Shown: positions 37,681-47,012 of the stretch, one piece after another | Layout: each line of letters begins with the position of its first letter | How positions within the stretch are numbered: position 1 is the stretch's first letter | Assembly (NCBI GenBank): GCA_034669905.1 | Contig: JAXMOL010000030.1 | Span: forward strand, 1 to 64,000 | Source: Candidatus Hydrogenedentota bacterium | Lineage (GTDB): Bacteria; Hydrogenedentota; Hydrogenedentia; Hydrogenedentales; JAEUWI01 | DNA: 64,000 nt | Direction: 5' to 3' | Position numbers and translations under genes: made by a program | Notes under the pieces: generated by a model | Databases searched by the model: none | What the model saw: only the letters and a program-made list of their open reading frames with translations | Told to the model about the DNA's origin: nothing

Positions 37681-39720
37681 GTGCGTTCCAATGAATCGTC
37701 TCCGGGGGAGTACCCCGCCTGGTCTGCCGCAGGCATGGCCCTGTTTTTCCTTTATCTGGAGTCGCTGAAGGCCATGCGGTCCTCCCAGTGGAGTGGCCTG
37801 CTGCCGAGCGATTGGCTGGGCGTCGGAATGACCGGGCTGTTCTATGCCCTCTTAGTCTGGGCGCTGGTGGTGGGCATTCGTCGGGGGACTTCAGGGTTGG
37901 GCCTTCGCGTTCCGGGCTGCGCCCTGTTTGTCGCCGGGACGGTCCTTTGGGGCCTCTTGAGCACGCACCGGGAGGAAACCCCCACGCTGGATGACGGCAT
38001 TGTGGCGGTCGTACTGGCGGGCTTCAGCTTCGCCCTGTGGTTGGGCAACAGAACGGGGCGCTATTCGGAGGCCCAACTGGGTGGCGCGCTGATCGTCCTC
38101 TGGCTTTCGGGGCTCGCAGCCCTTCATGGTGCGGGGCACTATTTCCTTTTCAGTCCCCACCGTGCCCGGGAGGTCACCCTCTTCCCCGCCCTGTGGCTCG
38201 CGCCCGTGGGCCTTGGGCTGGCAACCGTGCTGTGCTGGAAATCCCGAACGTCGTTGCTGGCCGTGGGCGGCGTGGTCGGGGTGGCGACGCCCCTGCTGGC
38301 CGTGTTCGCCCTCCTTTATACGCCTGCGCGCGATGATGGGGCGCAACAGCCCAATATGGTCTTCCTCATCAGCGACACGCTCCGGGCCGATTATTGCAGT
38401 GTCTACGGCGGCGACGTGCCCACGCCACGGCTGGAAGCCATGGCCGATTCGGGCACCCGCTTTGACCGGCACTATGCCCTCTCCCCCTGGACCCTCCCCT
38501 CCATGACGGGGCTCTTCTCTTCCCAGTACCCCAAATCCCTCACGCCCGATTCCGATCATGAGGCGTGGATCCTCCAGATGAATCAGTATGAGGTGGACTA
38601 CGACACGCCGACCCTCCCCATGCGCCTGGAGGAAGCGGGGTATCGGACGGGCGCCTTCACGGCGAACGCTTTTCTCCCCGTCGTGCCCGGCATGATGTTT
38701 GGCTATCAGGACCGGGCGAGTGCCCATCCCATCCTCCTGGAAGACAACGGCTATTTCAATCAGCTCCCCTTCCTCAGTGCGGCGCTCCGGGCCTGGTGTC
38801 CCGTGTTGGTGGACATTCGCCCTCACAACACGACCCACGATCTTGATCACTACGCCCGGGCCTTCATCCGCCGCCACCGGGACAAGCCTTTCTTCCTGTG
38901 GATTCACTACATCGATCCCCACGCACCCTATGATCCCCCGGAAGATCTGCGGCGGGTGACCGAAGGGCCCTGGCCCTTCTTTCATCCCTATGTGGGCGGC
39001 GAAGCTTGGGGCATTCCCATCCTCGGTAAGAACTTTTCCGTCGCGCAGCCCGATCAGGACTATGTCCGCTCGCTCTACGAGGGGGAAGTGGCCTATATCG
39101 ATGGCTTCGTGGGCCGCATTCAAGATGCCCTCACCGAGGCGGGCATTGCCGAAAAGACGCTCTTCTGCTTTACCTCCGACCACGGCGAAGAACTCTGGGA
39201 CCATGGTGGCTGGGGCCACGGTCAATCGCTCTATGACGAGATGATTCGGGTGCCGCTCATTGTGGCCGGACCCGGCATCGCGTCCCAGGTCGTTTCCGAA
39301 CCGGTGTCGGCCATTGACCTCGTGCCGACCCTGGCGGACTTGCTGGACGTCGCGCCTGCCGACACCTGGCAGGGCACGAGCCTGGGCCCTGTGCTGCGGG
39401 GTGATGCCACCGTGCCGCCGGACCGGCCCGTGTTTTCCCACGGGACGAGTAATAAGTCTACAGAAAATCCCCAACACATGGTGGTGGTCGGCGACTACAA
39501 ACTCATCCGCATGGCAGGGTCCGACCGGGTATCCCTCTACGACCTCGCAACTGACCCGGGCGAAACGAAGGACGTGGCAGCCGCCCACCCGGAAGTGGTG
39601 GCACGTCTCACCACCCTGTTGGATGAATGGCTCGCCAGTTTCCCGGCCTACTTTGACGAGGCCCCGGCCGAGTTCAATCGGGAGATGGAACAGGGCCTCG
39701 AAGGCATGGGGTATCTCTAA
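37681..39720 (+). CDS. Membrane-anchored sulfatase-like protein (multi-TM N-terminus)
   Basis: Several TMs, then PNMVFLISDTLRAD, SPWTLPS, DPHAPY, SDHGEE; start uncertain (ORF track 37486). Confidence 0.85.
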   Translation: MRSNESSPGEYPAWSAAGMALFFLYLESLKAMRSSQWSGLLPSDWLGVGMTGLFYALLVWALVVGIRRGTSGLGLRVPGCALFVAGTVLWGLLSTHREETPTLDDGIVAVVLAGFSFALWLGNRTGRYSEAQLGGALIVLWLSGLAALHGAGHYFLFSPHRAREVTLFPALWLAPVGLGLATVLCWKSRTSLLAVGGVVGVATPLLAVFALLYTPARDDGAQQPNMVFLISDTLRADYCSVYGGDVPTPRLEAMADSGTRFDRHYALSPWTLPSMTGLFSSQYPKSLTPDSDHEAWILQMNQYEVDYDTPTLPMRLEEAGYRTGAFTANAFLPVVPGMMFGYQDRASAHPILLEDNGYFNQLPFLSAALRAWCPVLVDIRPHNTTHDLDHYARAFIRRHRDKPFFLWIHYIDPHAPYDPPEDLRRVTEGPWPFFHPYVGGEAWGIPILGKNFSVAQPDQDYVRSLYEGEVAYIDGFVGRIQDALTEAGIAEKTLFCFTSDHGEELWDHGGWGHGQSLYDEMIRVPLIVAGPGIASQVVSEPVSAIDLVPTLADLLDVAPADTWQGTSLGPVLRGDATVPPDRPVFSHGTSNKSTENPQHMVVVGDYKLIRMAGSDRVSLYDLATDPGETKDVAAAHPEVVARLTTLLDEWLASFPAYFDEAPAEFNREMEQGLEGMGYL

Positions 39721-39875
39721 GGTCACCTGTCCGCATCGCCCGTGGGCCTTGCTTATCGACTGCGTTGGCCCTACAATATGGCACGAATACCTGACTCAGG
39801 AAGGGCCGTACCTGTACTCCACAGGACCCACCCGGCCATCCCCCCTATGTACATTTCAGCGGAAGGAAATCATCC

Positions 39876-40913
39876 ATGGCAACGAAGAAAATTCGCGTTG
39901 GCATCATTGGCTGTGGCGCCATTGCCGAACGTTTGCACATCCCCGACTACGCCGCCTGTGACCAGGCCGAACTGGTTGCATTCTGTGACAACGACAAGAA
40001 GCGCGCCAAGGCTATCGCCGAAAAATTTGCGCCAGATGCAGCGGTCTACAATGACTACAAGGCCCTGCTCAAGAACGAAGACGTAGACGCCGTTTCGGTG
40101 TGCATGCCCAACAAGTTCCACGGCATCTGCAGCATCGACGCGGCCAAGGCCGGCAAGCACGTCCTCGTCGAAAAGCCCATGGCCATGAGCCTGGCCGAGG
40201 CCAAGAAGATGGTCGCCGCCGCCAAGAAGGCCAAGGTGCATTTGCTGGTCAACCAGAGCATGCGCAACTACCCGGCCCACAAGAAGGCCCGCGAAATCAT
40301 CGCCAGCGGCTTCCTCGGTAAGGTGCTCCATGTAAGCGGCATGTGCGGACACGAAGGCCCCGAAGTATGGGCCCCCAACGCCAAGTGGTTCTTCAAAAAG
40401 AAAGACGCCCGCTTTGGTGCCATGGCCGATCTCGGTGTGCACAAGGCCGATGCCATCCGCTATATCACCGGCAAAGAGATTAGCGAAATCCGCGCCTTCT
40501 CGGGCACCCTCGAGAAAAAGGGCACGGACCTGGAAGACAACTTTGTTTCCTCCTTTACCTTTAAGGACGGCGGCATGGGCTCCCTCGCGGCCTCCTGGAC
40601 GGTCAAGGGCGGCATGACCAACTACACCATCGTCCACTGTGAAAAGGGCACGCTGGAAGTCTTGCTCCATCCCGACAAACCCCTGGTGGCCCGACTGCAC
40701 GATCCCCTTTCGGAAATCGTCTTCACCCTGCCGGAAGCCCCGATCCTCTATAAGGACTCCTGGGGACTCGACATTGGTGGCGCCTTCATCCGCGCCATCC
40801 TCGGCGAAGAAGAGCCCTTCTGCACGGGTGAAGAGGGCCTGAAGAGTCTGGCCGTCATCCTCGCCGCCGAAAAAGCTGCCGATACAGGCAAATCGGTCAA
40901 GGTCACGGTATAA
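39876..40913 (+). CDS. Gfo/Idh/MocA-family oxidoreductase
   Basis: GIIGCGAIA, HVLVEKPMA, DLGVH motifs. Confidence 0.93.
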   Translation: MATKKIRVGIIGCGAIAERLHIPDYAACDQAELVAFCDNDKKRAKAIAEKFAPDAAVYNDYKALLKNEDVDAVSVCMPNKFHGICSIDAAKAGKHVLVEKPMAMSLAEAKKMVAAAKKAKVHLLVNQSMRNYPAHKKAREIIASGFLGKVLHVSGMCGHEGPEVWAPNAKWFFKKKDARFGAMADLGVHKADAIRYITGKEISEIRAFSGTLEKKGTDLEDNFVSSFTFKDGGMGSLAASWTVKGGMTNYTIVHCEKGTLEVLLHPDKPLVARLHDPLSEIVFTLPEAPILYKDSWGLDIGGAFIRAILGEEEPFCTGEEGLKSLAVILAAEKAADTGKSVKVTV

Positions 40914-41044
40914 TAGGTCTATGACACGCCGGTGGCCGTCGTGCGGGCGGCTGCCGGTGTTGTTTTTTTCGGGCATGGGGACACGAACCTGGCCGCCTGT
41001 CAGGGCCGCCCATTCCCACCAGCAATCGGGTATATAGAAACTAC

Positions 41045-42139
41045 ATGACTACAAAAACTTTGACAGTCGCCCTCGGCGATCGGGCCTACCCCATTCACCT
41101 GGGCACCGGCATCCTCTCCCAACTGGCCGAAATGGTGCGCAAGAGCGGCGTCGCGGGCACCATCGGCATCGTAACCGACTCCAACGTGGGCCCCCTCTAC
41201 GGCGACCAGGTATGCGCTGCCCTCCAGGCGGCCGGTTTTAAGACCGTGCTTCACACCACGCCTGCCGGCGAACCCCACAAACGCATGGCCACGGTGGAAG
41301 CCATCTGCGGCACCTTTCTGGAAGGCGGACTCGACCGCACCAGTCTCATCGTGGCCCTGGGTGGCGGTGTGGTCGGTGACGTGGCGGGTTACGTGGCGGC
41401 CTCCTTCATGCGGGGCATTCCCTTCATCCAGGTGCCGACCACCATTGTCGCCCAGGTGGATTCCAGCGTCGGCGGTAAGACCGGGGTCAATCATCCCCTG
41501 GGTAAAAACACCATTGGCGCTTTCCACCAGCCCCTGGGCGTACTCATCGATATGACGTTGCTCCAGTCCCTGCCGGAACGGGAGTTGCGGGCGGGCCTGG
41601 CGGAGGCCATCAAGCATGGCATCATCGCCGACGAGACGCTCTTTCAATTTATGGAAGACCACGCTGCGGCAATCCTCGCAAAAGACCAGGAAGCCCTGGC
41701 CGTACCCATCTTAAAGTCCTGTGAAATTAAGTCGGCTGTTGTCGCCGCTGATGAAAAAGAGCACGGTGCGCGGGCCAACCTGAATTATGGCCACACCTTT
41801 GGCCATGCGATTGAGTCCGTCACCCGCTATGAAACCTTCCTGCACGGCGAAGCCATTGCCCTGGGCATGGTGGCCGCCGGTGCCCTCTCCCGGGAGCTGG
41901 GCCTGGTCGATGATGGCTTTGTGGCGCGTCAACGCGCTATCTTTGAGGCCTATGGCCTTCCGGTCACGTGGGATGCCTTGCCCATGGACGAAGTAATTCA
42001 GGCCATGCAGAAAGATAAAAAAGTGCGTGCAGGTACCTTGAAATTTATTGTGGCGGATCGCATGGGGCACGTCATCCATCGGACCGATATCACGGAAGCC
42101 CAGGTTCGCGTCGCCTTGTCGGCCATCTCGGGCCAGTAA
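41045..42139 (+). CDS. aroB: 3-dehydroquinate synthase
   Basis: GGGVVGD, QVDSSVGGKTGVN, LNYGHTFGHAIE, HGEA motifs. Confidence 0.97.
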   Translation: MTTKTLTVALGDRAYPIHLGTGILSQLAEMVRKSGVAGTIGIVTDSNVGPLYGDQVCAALQAAGFKTVLHTTPAGEPHKRMATVEAICGTFLEGGLDRTSLIVALGGGVVGDVAGYVAASFMRGIPFIQVPTTIVAQVDSSVGGKTGVNHPLGKNTIGAFHQPLGVLIDMTLLQSLPERELRAGLAEAIKHGIIADETLFQFMEDHAAAILAKDQEALAVPILKSCEIKSAVVAADEKEHGARANLNYGHTFGHAIESVTRYETFLHGEAIALGMVAAGALSRELGLVDDGFVARQRAIFEAYGLPVTWDALPMDEVIQAMQKDKKVRAGTLKFIVADRMGHVIHRTDITEAQVRVALSAISGQ

Positions 42140-42155
42140 CCAGAAGGAATGCGTC

Positions 42156-42980
42156 ATGGTCTTTGGTGGCGAGAATGCGGACAGCTATTACGATGAAGGG
42201 GTGACAGCCAGCATGAAGGGCGAGGTGGTCCAGGCCGTGCGTCACTTCAAGAAAGCGATGCAGCTTGACCCCTATCACGTATCCAGTTGTCACCAGCTCG
42301 GCAAGTGTTATGTGCGCCTGGGACGCTTGCAGGATGCCGTCGAGTGTTTCTATCGCGCCATCAAGGCCCGACCCAACCCGATTCCCCCCCGCCTCGATTT
42401 GGGCTTTGCGCTCCTGGAGGGCGGCAATGCCGAGCGTGCTGAGGTCGCTTTCAATGAAGTGATGGAACGGAAGCCCGAAAACGCCAAGGCCCTGTTAGGC
42501 CTCGCCGGGTGTGCCTTTCAGAAGGGCGAATGGGATCAGGCCTATCTGCTGGTGGGCCAGGTGCTCGATCAGGGTGCCGCCAGCTTTTCCGCCCTGTACC
42601 TGAGGGGCCGCGCCGCCCGTTTGGCCGGGTTTATCACCGACAGCAATGAAGCCTTTGAATCGGCCGACGGCCTTTTGGAGAAGCTCATTGAAGGCAACCC
42701 CGAGCAACCCGAGGGCTACTACCTCCGTGGTGAACTCTGCTTCGCCCAGGAGAATTTTGCCGCCGCGCTGGATGCCTACCAACAGGCCGAATCCCGCCTC
42801 GTTGCGGACGCCCACTATTACACCTACGGCGAGCACTTCGATCAGATTGGCGTGTTGGGGAAACGGGCCATGTGCCTCTTCCGTCTGGACCGCAAGGACG
42901 AAGCCCGCGCGCTGGGTGAGGCCATCCAGGAACACGACCCGGAAAACCGTATTGCGGCCATGCTGACCCAGTCTGACTGA
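42156..42980 (+). CDS. TPR-repeat protein
   Basis: Tandem TPR-like repeats across the ORF. Confidence 0.85.
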   Translation: MVFGGENADSYYDEGVTASMKGEVVQAVRHFKKAMQLDPYHVSSCHQLGKCYVRLGRLQDAVECFYRAIKARPNPIPPRLDLGFALLEGGNAERAEVAFNEVMERKPENAKALLGLAGCAFQKGEWDQAYLLVGQVLDQGAASFSALYLRGRAARLAGFITDSNEAFESADGLLEKLIEGNPEQPEGYYLRGELCFAQENFAAALDAYQQAESRLVADAHYYTYGEHFDQIGVLGKRAMCLFRLDRKDEARALGEAIQEHDPENRIAAMLTQSD

Positions 42981-42988
42981 GGGCACCC

Positions 42989-43639
42989 ATGAGCGAAATC
43001 AACATCCAACTGGTGCGGGAATTCTTCGAGCTCAACCGGTTTCGCGTGTTGACCCACTGGCAACATGACGACGAGCAGCGCCGGGGCGTGGAAAGTGGAC
43101 TGCTCCTCTTTGTCGAGCAGGTAGGACCCGAAGTCCAGGAAACCCCGCCCTTCCTGTTGCAACAACACGATCTCCATCGGCTTCATCGGGCCGTGGTCGA
43201 GGTTCGCGCCTGGCACGGGGACAAATTCTATCCCTCCGTGGTGGAGTCCAGCCCCATCCTGGGCCACGTGGCCTCGCCGGAAGTTCGGTCCCTCGCCCAG
43301 TCGGTTTTCGGCGTTGATGCCTTTGCATCGGTGCTGGTCATCTCCGAGCTACCCACCTCCCTCGAGCCACGAAACCGCACCATCGCCCTCCTGAAAGACC
43401 TGGGCGTCCAGCACATCGTCGAATTCGGCACCATGCTCGCCTCCATGCTGGAACAACTCAGCCCCCAAAGCAATTACGCGCCGTCGCAAACGCTCCAGAC
43501 CCTGCGCCTCCTCAAGCGCTATGATTTGGTACGCCGACAGCAACTCGAATTCCGATTTCCCATGGAGCCTATGCCACCGTCGGTGGATTCGACGGTGGAT
43601 ACGACGATGGATGAGAGTAAAGCGGATTTCGACAAGTAA
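42989..43639 (+). CDS. Hypothetical protein
   Basis: 216-aa ORF in operon context with plausible RBS. Confidence 0.7.
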   Translation: MSEINIQLVREFFELNRFRVLTHWQHDDEQRRGVESGLLLFVEQVGPEVQETPPFLLQQHDLHRLHRAVVEVRAWHGDKFYPSVVESSPILGHVASPEVRSLAQSVFGVDAFASVLVISELPTSLEPRNRTIALLKDLGVQHIVEFGTMLASMLEQLSPQSNYAPSQTLQTLRLLKRYDLVRRQQLEFRFPMEPMPPSVDSTVDTTMDESKADFDK

Positions 43640-43683
43640 GTTCTGGTAGCCGTTGACATACCGGAAACATGGGGACCGCACAA

Positions 43684-44043
43684 ATGACAGAATACTTAAA
43701 AGCTCTCTGTGCACTCGGAGACAGCCGTCGATTCATACAGAAAATGCCGGAATCAGTTCGTCGTCAACTCGGGTATACGCTCTTCCAGGTCCAATCCGGC
43801 AATTCACCCAGAGGTCTTCAAGAATTGAAAGGGTTTTCTGTCGCCGTACAGGAAATACGATTGCGACATGATAAAGAGTCCTATCGGGCGATCTTTACCG
43901 TGGCGCTCGGAAATACGGTATACTTACTACACGCGTTCCATAAGAAGTCCAAGAGTGGTATTGCTACACCCAAACACGAAATTGAAATAATTCGAAAAAG
44001 GCTTAAAGAGGCGGAACGGCTGGAGGCAGAACGAAATGGATAG
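43684..44043 (+). CDS. RelE/HigB-like (Gp49/DUF891) toxin
   Basis: EIR...SYRAIF...VYLLHAFHKKSKSGIATPKHEI motif; start uncertain (ORF track 43669). Confidence 0.85.
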   Translation: MTEYLKALCALGDSRRFIQKMPESVRRQLGYTLFQVQSGNSPRGLQELKGFSVAVQEIRLRHDKESYRAIFTVALGNTVYLLHAFHKKSKSGIATPKHEIEIIRKRLKEAERLEAERNG

Positions 44044-44344
44044 TTCAGAATCTATCTATAACATTTTTGAAACGTTGGGCCTTGAGAATGCCGAAGCGCT
44101 CATGGCCGTCTCCGTGCTGGCTTCCAAAATAGTTAAAGCGAAAGAAGCCCGTGGTCTTTCCGACACCGAAGCCGCTGAATTGGCCGGTTGCACACCGATG
44201 CGAATCGACCAGATTTGCCGCGCGGACTTGGACGGGTTCACGATTGACGAACTGTGCCGCTACCTCGTCTCACTCGGGCAAAATGTCCATATAGCGGTGG
44301 AATCTTCCGATGCAAGCGGAGCGCACCTGCGCGTGGTGGGATAA
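44036..44344 (+). CDS. XRE/HigA-like antitoxin
   Basis: NIFETLGL, HTH region, FTIDEL..YL..LG; overlaps the toxin stop. Confidence 0.8.
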   Translation: MDSSESIYNIFETLGLENAEALMAVSVLASKIVKAKEARGLSDTEAAELAGCTPMRIDQICRADLDGFTIDELCRYLVSLGQNVHIAVESSDASGAHLRVVG

Positions 44345-44468
44345 GACGACTTTCCAACACGCAAGGCTGCCGCACGTAGTTCGTAGACATGCCGCCCCCT
44401 GACAACGACAAACGGCACGGCTCCCAGCTGGGAACCGTGCCGTAAAATATGTCGAGAATCAAGCGTGT

Positions 44469-45530
44469 TTACCGGGGAATGAAACTCGTGTTCGCCTTCA
44501 GGCCCTCGATCCACGTCGCGATCAGCTTGGACGCGTTCTCCACGTCTTTCAGGGAAACCAACTCCACCGGTGTGTGCATGTAGCGGTTGGGGATGCCGAT
44601 GAGTCCCGTCGCCACACCACCCCGGCTCAACTGCATGGCGTTGGCATCCGTTCCCGTTCCCCGTGGCATGGCCAAGGGCTGCAGGGGAATCTTCGCCTTC
44701 TTGGCCGCATCCAGGATGCCCTTGTGCACCACCGGATTGATGTTGGGACCCCGGCTGATGATGGGTCCCGCACCGATAGCGGTCTCGCCATAGCGCTCCC
44801 CTTCTCCCCGGGGGTGGTCCGTCGCCCAGGCTACGTCTACCGCGAGGCCGGCATGGGGCTGACACCCATAGGCACTCGTCGTGGCACCGCGAAGGCCAAT
44901 CTCTTCCTGCACGGTGGTCACGGCGTACACGGCCACGTTAATTTTTTTCTTGGCCAGGAGGCGCACGGCCTCGAGAATAACAAAGGCACCCACGCGATCA
45001 TCGAGGGCACGGGCCACCACCATGTCATTACGCAGCTCCTGGTAGCCCACGTCGATGGTGATGGGGTCACCGATACCAATAACCTTTTCGGCGTCCTTCT
45101 TATCCTTCGCACCAATATCGATCCACATCTCGTGCATCTCGAGGGCCTTATTCCGATCATCCGGGGGCGTCAGGTGGATGGCCTTACGGCCGATAACGCC
45201 GGATACGGGACCCTTGGCACCATGGACCGTGATGCGCTGGCCACCGAGAACGGCGCTGTCCACACCGCCAATAGGGACAAATCCGGCGAAGCCGTTGGCA
45301 TCGATGGTGTTGACCATGAGGCCGATTTCGTCCACGTGTCCGGCGAGCATGATACGCAGATCCGCCCCTTTATTCAGTACGTGATACTGGTTGCCATGGA
45401 CATCTTTGTAGATTTCGCCCGCGAAGGGCTCCATGTACTTTTTACAGACCCGCTGGATTTTTTCCTCAAATCCCGAGGGGCTGGGTGTGGCTAAGAGTTT
45501 CTTCAGAAAATCAAGCGATTCTTTACGCAT
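44469..45530 (-). CDS. M42-family aminopeptidase
   Basis: PSGFE, GHVDEIG, ALDDR, QEEIG, GTDA, RYMHTPVE motifs. Confidence 0.93.
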   Translation of the reverse strand: MRKESLDFLKKLLATPSPSGFEEKIQRVCKKYMEPFAGEIYKDVHGNQYHVLNKGADLRIMLAGHVDEIGLMVNTIDANGFAGFVPIGGVDSAVLGGQRITVHGAKGPVSGVIGRKAIHLTPPDDRNKALEMHEMWIDIGAKDKKDAEKVIGIGDPITIDVGYQELRNDMVVARALDDRVGAFVILEAVRLLAKKKINVAVYAVTTVQEEIGLRGATTSAYGCQPHAGLAVDVAWATDHPRGEGERYGETAIGAGPIISRGPNINPVVHKGILDAAKKAKIPLQPLAMPRGTGTDANAMQLSRGGVATGLIGIPNRYMHTPVELVSLKDVENASKLIATWIEGLKANTSFIPR

Positions 45531-45609
45531 TACGGCATTCTCCTTCCGCGATTGAAGGCCCTATGGTACCGAAGGCACCAGGGTGATTGCATGTTGACCG
45601 AAATTGGAG

Positions 45610-46668
45610 TCAAAGGGGGGTGTAGTCGGAATCGCCGGTGCACTGGAGTACCCAGCCGGTGAGCAGCTCAATGCAGCTCGCCACATCGTGAAGACAAACC
45701 ATCTCCACGGCTGTGTGCATATAGCGATTGGGAATGCCCATATCCAGGGTCGCCACCCCACCGCGGGTCCGCTGCAGGGCACTGGCGTCGGTCCCGTCGG
45801 CATCGGGCTCGGCACGAAACTGAAGAGGGATGGCATTCTGTTTGGCCACCCCCTGGAACTCCGCCAGCAATTGGGGATTTACCCCCGCACCACGGGCGAG
45901 AATGGGCCCGGCAGACAAGGCGGTTTCCCCCCAACGTGCGCCATCGGCGTGCGGGTGATCGGTGGCGAAGTTCACATCGAGGTTAATGGCGACTTGCGGG
46001 TCGCAGTGGTAGCCACTCGTCTTCGCACCGCGCAGCCCCACCTCTTCCTGGACGGAAGTTACGCCCACCACATCCACCGCCAATTTCCGCCGGGACAATC
46101 GCTTCAAGGTCTCCATCAGGATAAACACCCCGATGCGATTGTCCAGGCCCCGGGCAGCCACACGGTCATTGCGCAGCCAGGTCACGGGGGTATCGAGGAC
46201 AAGCGTGTCTCCAATGGAGACCAACCTGGCGGCTTCCTTTTTGCTGCGGGCGCCAATGTCCACCCAGAGCTTGTCGACTGCGACGGCTTCCGGCTTGGCG
46301 TCCGGGGAGCGAAAGTGAATGGGGCGGCACCCGATAACGCCCGGCACATTCCCGATGCGTACCCGCTGCCCCTGGAGGGTACTGCCATCCACCCCGCCGA
46401 TTGGGGAAATCCGTAGAAAGCCGTTGGCGTCGATCCCCCGCACCATGAGTCCAATTTCGTCGCAATGGGCACACAACATGACCCGAGGCCTGCCCTCGTG
46501 GGGCAGGGGATAATATTGGTTGCCGTGCACGTCCCGATAAATACCGCGTACCGAAGTACGAAGCTGCCGGGTCAGGTGCGCCTGAACCAGCCCCTCCTCT
46601 CCCGACGGGCTGGCCAGGGAAAGCAATTGGGCCAGGCGTTTTCGGGCCGACGCTTTCATGCCGGACAC
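45610..46668 (-). CDS. M42-family aminopeptidase (paralog)
   Basis: AHCDEIG, GLDNR, QEEVG, GTDA, RYMHTAVE motifs. Confidence 0.92.
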   Translation of the reverse strand: MSGMKASARKRLAQLLSLASPSGEEGLVQAHLTRQLRTSVRGIYRDVHGNQYYPLPHEGRPRVMLCAHCDEIGLMVRGIDANGFLRISPIGGVDGSTLQGQRVRIGNVPGVIGCRPIHFRSPDAKPEAVAVDKLWVDIGARSKKEAARLVSIGDTLVLDTPVTWLRNDRVAARGLDNRIGVFILMETLKRLSRRKLAVDVVGVTSVQEEVGLRGAKTSGYHCDPQVAINLDVNFATDHPHADGARWGETALSAGPILARGAGVNPQLLAEFQGVAKQNAIPLQFRAEPDADGTDASALQRTRGGVATLDMGIPNRYMHTAVEMVCLHDVASCIELLTGWVLQCTGDSDYTPL

Positions 46669-47012
46669 ACCGAAATCTGCATGCGTTGGATTACCATGGA
46701 ACCAGGGGGCCCTTCTTCTCAGCCTACTTTGCCGTTGATCAGGCTTTCTTTCGTCTCGATTTTGGATTCCGAAATGGTATTGACGGTATCACTCGCCGGA
46801 CGGGGGGGACGGGTAACGGTCCTTACATGCTTCATCATTTTCTCCTGCCATGAATATACAGCGCGTCGCTGTTGGTTGCGTTTCTTCCCAGCACTTGGAT
46901 AGTATCACCAAAGGTGCGGGCAGATGCCAGCTTCATCCCAGGAAACTTCAACACCGCTGGTCCCTCCGCACCTGAGGACTCCCCGATTGTCTGGAAAGGT
47001 GTTTGCACTCCG

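Noticed and set aside
37891..39726. Long antisense ORFs (also 21335-22579, 18854-19978, 39870-40976 and others)
   Set aside because: Shadows of well-supported genes in GC-rich DNA
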